Below are positions 56,795 to 60,466 of a stretch of 60,466 nucleotides of DNA, piece after piece. Made by a program: the position numbers and the translations under genes. The DNA is from an uncultured Candidatus Micrarchaeota archaeon. Lineage in GTDB: Archaea; Micrarchaeota; Micrarchaeia; Anstonellales; Bilamarchaeaceae. Below the pieces are notes generated by a model. That model did not search any database, was not told the origin of the DNA, and was given only the letters and a program-made list of their open reading frames with translations. The stretch lies in NCBI GenBank assembly GCA_903835385.1, contig CAILMQ010000048.1, forward strand, positions 1 to 60,466, written 5' to 3'. Position 1 is the stretch's first letter; each line of letters starts with the position of its first letter.

Positions 56795-57703
56795 CTAACC
56801 ACCGAACACGTCGGGCCTGGAGCTTGCCATGTAGCCTATGAGCACCACCTGCCCTATGGCCGATCCGATTATCAGCATCAGTATCTTGTCCATGGTCACT
56901 CCTATGCCGGAAAACGCGGAGAGCAGCACGAGGAACGTTATGCCGAGCGACGGTATCGCGGCTGCCACGAGCATATACACGAGCATGAGGAAGTTCAGGT
57001 TGGACGTGTAGGCCCTTATGTTCCTGTAGGTGTAGAGCTCCAAAGCGTCGACTATGCCGGGAAGCGCGGTGGACATGCTCGAGCCGGTCTCAAGCACGTT
57101 TATCATCTGCCAGAGCGCCCTCCTGAAATACTCCGATTCCGTGAGCAGCGCGAGGGTCCGCAGCGCCTCCTTCTCAGGCACCCCGCTCTCTATCTGCTTC
57201 ACCACCTTGGCGAAATCCTCGGACACCTGCCCGTAGTTGCCCAGGGAGACGTTCTTGAGCGCGTAGAATATCGGTATCCCGCTGTTTATGCTGAGCATTA
57301 TCTCCCGGAGCGCGAAAAGCAGGTCCTTGTCAGACCTGGCGGCGAGCGTCTTCACCATCATCCTGGGGTAGTAGAGGTGGAGGGCGAAGAAGATGACGAA
57401 GAACAGGAATCCCGCGCCGGAGCCGAAAAGTATCTTCTGCTTCATGACCATGGCCTGGGAGCCCATGAGCACCAGCATGATGAGGCAGAACCCCATAAGG
57501 CCGTAAATCAGCGCGGAAAAGAGGCAGCCGACCCTGTAGTATTCGGGTTTTATGCTTATCCCGAGCGCTTCAAACTCCATGGCCAGCCGCGGCCGGAATC
57601 CCTTCAAGGCATTGGTCAGCGGGTCCATTCTCCTGCTGATTTCCTCCATGGAGCGGTAGTTGAGGAGTACGAAAGGCACCCGGGCCTGGTCTGGCTTGGC
57701 CAT
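56795..57703 (-). CDS. Type IV pilus platform protein (T2SS F / TadB-like)
   Basis: LLFALREIMLSINSGIP, YGQVSEDF, multiple TM. Confidence 0.9.
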   Translation of the reverse strand: MAKPDQARVPFVLLNYRSMEEISRRMDPLTNALKGFRPRLAMEFEALGISIKPEYYRVGCLFSALIYGLMGFCLIMLVLMGSQAMVMKQKILFGSGAGFLFFVIFFALHLYYPRMMVKTLAARSDKDLLFALREIMLSINSGIPIFYALKNVSLGNYGQVSEDFAKVVKQIESGVPEKEALRTLALLTESEYFRRALWQMINVLETGSSMSTALPGIVDALELYTYRNIRAYTSNLNFLMLVYMLVAAAIPSLGITFLVLLSAFSGIGVTMDKILMLIIGSAIGQVVLIGYMASSRPDVFGG

Positions 57704-57708
57704 TGTCT

Positions 57709-59454
57709 TCAGCTCCCTCCGAGCAGCTTTCCGGGGTTCTGGCCCTTCCTCACCCCCTCAAGCAGGCTGGACCCGTCGGCATAATAAGCCTCCATGACCT
57801 TGCCCACGTCATCCACGTATATGAGCTTGTTCTGCTTCATCCACGCAAGGACCTCCTCCTTCTCGGCCTGGTCGTCCGTCACTTCCTTTTCCGTCATGCC
57901 GGTATGGAGGTTCATCAGCTCGGTGTAGCGGTGCGGCGGCTTCACCTTGTCGAACGTGTCCGTGCGGGGTCTCCACTTGAAGAGGTGGTTGAGCTCGGGG
58001 ATTTTCGCGCCGGGTATCACTTCGGAAAGCTCCAGGGTGCGCCTGAGGTTCTTCCTCCTGTCGCGGTACTGCACGAGTATGAGGTGGATGTCCTCCACCT
58101 CGCCGGGCGGAATCTCTATGGGCGGCTCCACGAGCCTTTTTATCACCTGCTCGCCGGTGTCCGCATGGAGCGTGCCGTAAACCGAGTGGCCCGTGTGCAT
58201 GGCCTCGAAGAGCACCTCGGCCTCCTTCTTCCTCCTTATCTCCCCCATGACTATGCGGTCCGGCCGCATGCGCAGGGAGTTCACCACCAGGTCCAGCATG
58301 GACACCTCGCCCAGGCCCTCGGGGTTCGGCTCCCTGGTGGCCAGAGGCACCCAGTTCCACTGGTAGCTTGGCAGCACCAGCTCCCTGGTGTCCTCTATTG
58401 TGATGACCCTCTGGTGAGGCGGTATGAGCGCGATAAGGGAGTTGAGGGCCGAGGTCTTTCCGGATGCCGTGCCACCTGCGACTATGATGTTCATCTCGTA
58501 GTGGAGCGCCTGCCAGAGAAGGGCCGCCATTTCCAATGACATGGCCTTCACCTCGTCGCTCACCAGGCTCGCTATGGTCCAGGGGTTCCTCGCAAAAAGC
58601 CTCAGGGTGATGGTGTTGCCCGCCGTTGATATGGGGTATAGCGTCGCATTGACCCTGTCGCCGGTGACCAGGTGCGCGTCCATTATGGGGTCCAGGACTG
58701 TTATCTGCCTTCCCACCTCCCTGGCTATCTGGGAGGAATAGTTCTCTATGTCCACCTCGCTCTTGAGCATGAGGTTGGTCTTGAGCCAGCTGTATTTCCT
58801 GTGGTACACCGACACCGGCACCTTGGCGGAGTTCACTATTATCTCCTCCAGCCACCTGTCGGCAACGAGCGCCTCGAGGTCGCCGAGCCCGTACATCTCG
58901 TTGACCGCGATGCTTGCGAGCGCCCTTATGCTTTCCCTGTCGCTGCCCAGCTCCTGCATGAGCCTGCCTTCCACGGCCTTCGCGCGGTCCTCCATGTCCT
59001 TGACCATTTCGTCCTTGGTCTTCTCAAGGCCCGAGAGCGGAAGCGTGCGGGTCACCTCGTTCTTCACATACTCGAGGAAGGCGCGCGAATACTGCGTGAG
59101 CCTGGGGAGCTTCACGAAGTACCTGTTCCTTTTCTCTTCCGGGGAGAAATAGATTTCCACATCCGCGATGACGTAGTCCTCGGCAGGCTCCTTTATCTTG
59201 TAGGCCTCCACGACCTTGCCCTGGGGCCGCTCGTCCTCCTCAATGCTGCCCTTGCCCTCATTCACCATTATCCAGGGCCTGGTCAGGGGATTGATGGGAT
59301 AGTGTATCTGAAAAAGGCCCGCGTTCTCCAGAATCCGGGCGAGCTTCTCCACCGACTCCGGAGAGAGCTTGAGCTTCCCGCCAAGCTCCTCGAAGCTTAT
59401 CCTGTTGTTCTTGCGGATGAGCTCCACCATCTTGTCTATCTTGGTGAGCAGCAT
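57709..59454 (-). CDS. Type IV pilus assembly ATPase (CpaF/TadA/VirB11 family) with N-terminal wHTH-like segment
   Basis: Walker A GGTASGKT, TIEDTREL, LRMRPDRIVMGEIR, TGH..TLHA. Confidence 0.93.
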   Translation of the reverse strand: MLLTKIDKMVELIRKNNRISFEELGGKLKLSPESVEKLARILENAGLFQIHYPINPLTRPWIMVNEGKGSIEEDERPQGKVVEAYKIKEPAEDYVIADVEIYFSPEEKRNRYFVKLPRLTQYSRAFLEYVKNEVTRTLPLSGLEKTKDEMVKDMEDRAKAVEGRLMQELGSDRESIRALASIAVNEMYGLGDLEALVADRWLEEIIVNSAKVPVSVYHRKYSWLKTNLMLKSEVDIENYSSQIAREVGRQITVLDPIMDAHLVTGDRVNATLYPISTAGNTITLRLFARNPWTIASLVSDEVKAMSLEMAALLWQALHYEMNIIVAGGTASGKTSALNSLIALIPPHQRVITIEDTRELVLPSYQWNWVPLATREPNPEGLGEVSMLDLVVNSLRMRPDRIVMGEIRRKKEAEVLFEAMHTGHSVYGTLHADTGEQVIKRLVEPPIEIPPGEVEDIHLILVQYRDRRKNLRRTLELSEVIPGAKIPELNHLFKWRPRTDTFDKVKPPHRYTELMNLHTGMTEKEVTDDQAEKEEVLAWMKQNKLIYVDDVGKVMEAYYADGSSLLEGVRKGQNPGKLLGGS

Positions 59455-59581
59455 GGCGGGATATCGCGGATTGGATTTATAAATCAATTCGGTGGGATAC
59501 AGCCAGGGAGTTGCAAATCCCGCCTCGGAAAAGACAGTAATATATATTTTCCGTTTGAGATAAACCGCGAGGCGAAAAATG

Positions 59582-60466
59582 ATGGAAAACAAAGCACAGG
59601 CAAGCGTCGAGTTTCTCATCCTGCTAGCCGTCACGCTGCTCGTGCTGACAGCCACCATCTTCATCTCCATGCAGAACGTCAACAGCGTCAACGCCCAGAA
59701 GGAGCATGACAACGCGAACAACGCCGTCCTGGACCTGAGCAGCGCGGCCAAGGAGGTGTACGCCCAGGGGGAGGGCGCGAGGAAGCAGGTGTACGTGGTC
59801 ATCCCCAGCGGCTACGAGCCCGCGAAATCCTTCATAGGCAACCAGGCGATAAAGCTCAGCGCCGGGGGGAACGATTACGTCAATGTCGAGAATTTCAAGG
59901 TGCGCGGCTCATTGCCCAGGACGGACGGGCCGCACTGGGTGTGGGTGATATCCGAAGGGGACCGGGTGCGCATCGGGGACGCGATGCTGGATTTTGACCA
60001 GGGCAGGATTTACCTGGTGATGAGCAGCAACAGCACGGCTTCCGCACAATTCACTGTAACGAACATCTGGGACCAGAGGATTAACGTCACCACGGGCACA
60101 GCCTGGACCAGCGCCCACGTCAGCCTGGGCGGCGTGCCTTCGGCATTTTCCTTCAATCCCAACAATAAGCAGACCATCAACTTGTCATTCACGTCCGATT
60201 CCGTTTCCCTGGGCTTCTACACCGGCGAGATAGACTTCACTGCCCATGACGCCGCTGGAAACAGCGAGAGCGACGCGATGCCCATAACCGTTGAGGTCAT
60301 GCCGAGCGGCCAGCCGCTTTATCCCTCCTGGGACATCCAGGGGCCCCTTGTCACCAGCATATACCAGGTGCCCATGCCCGCCGTAAAGTTCCAGCCGCTG
60401 GCGATTTTCGCGACCGCCAGCGACGTCCTGACAGGCAACACCTCGATAAGCGGCTGCCAGATAGAC
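59582..60466 (+). CDS. Large pilin-like protein with class III signal peptide (partial, runs off window)
   Basis: MENKA|QASVEFLILLAVTLLVL; open frame towards the window end; divergent from the ATPase. Confidence 0.8.
   Translation, partial: MENKAQASVEFLILLAVTLLVLTATIFISMQNVNSVNAQKEHDNANNAVLDLSSAAKEVYAQGEGARKQVYVVIPSGYEPAKSFIGNQAIKLSAGGNDYVNVENFKVRGSLPRTDGPHWVWVISEGDRVRIGDAMLDFDQGRIYLVMSSNSTASAQFTVTNIWDQRINVTTGTAWTSAHVSLGGVPSAFSFNPNNKQTINLSFTSDSVSLGFYTGEIDFTAHDAAGNSESDAMPITVEVMPSGQPLYPSWDIQGPLVTSIYQVPMPAVKFQPLAIFATASDVLTGNTSISGCQID

Overview
GC-rich archaeal chromosomal window; the gene set (GatD/GatE, RadA, pelota, archaeal PheRS-beta and TrpRS, split ADP-forming acetate-CoA ligase, class III signal-peptide pilins, plus bacterial-type gyrase, type I GAPDH and non-oxidative pentose phosphate genes) is most consistent with a DPANN archaeon, probably Micrarchaeota (inference). 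It holds about 55 protein genes. I found no rRNA, tRNA, CRISPR array or transposase. Most notable: (1) a translationally coupled pair of class I LysRS-like catalytic-domain-only paralogs, one with intact HIGH/KMSKS-type motifs and one that has lost them (41923-43966). (2) Two diverged copies of an unannotated ~135-nt structured element with a compensatory base change, each abutting the stop codon of pheT or lysC (4165-4301; 29155-29287). (3) A stand-alone Cas2/VapD-like ORF enclosed by a perfect 17-bp ORB-like inverted repeat, with an AT-rich region and a 16-bp palindrome (3687-4144). (4) A palindromic operator and a DUF736-like gene ahead of radA. (5) A 393-aa HNH-bearing intein in gyrA. (6) A recently duplicated peptidoglycan-binding-like domain. 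(7) A pilin whose class III signal appears replaced by a lipoprotein signal. All family assignments come from motif recognition by eye; no searches were run.
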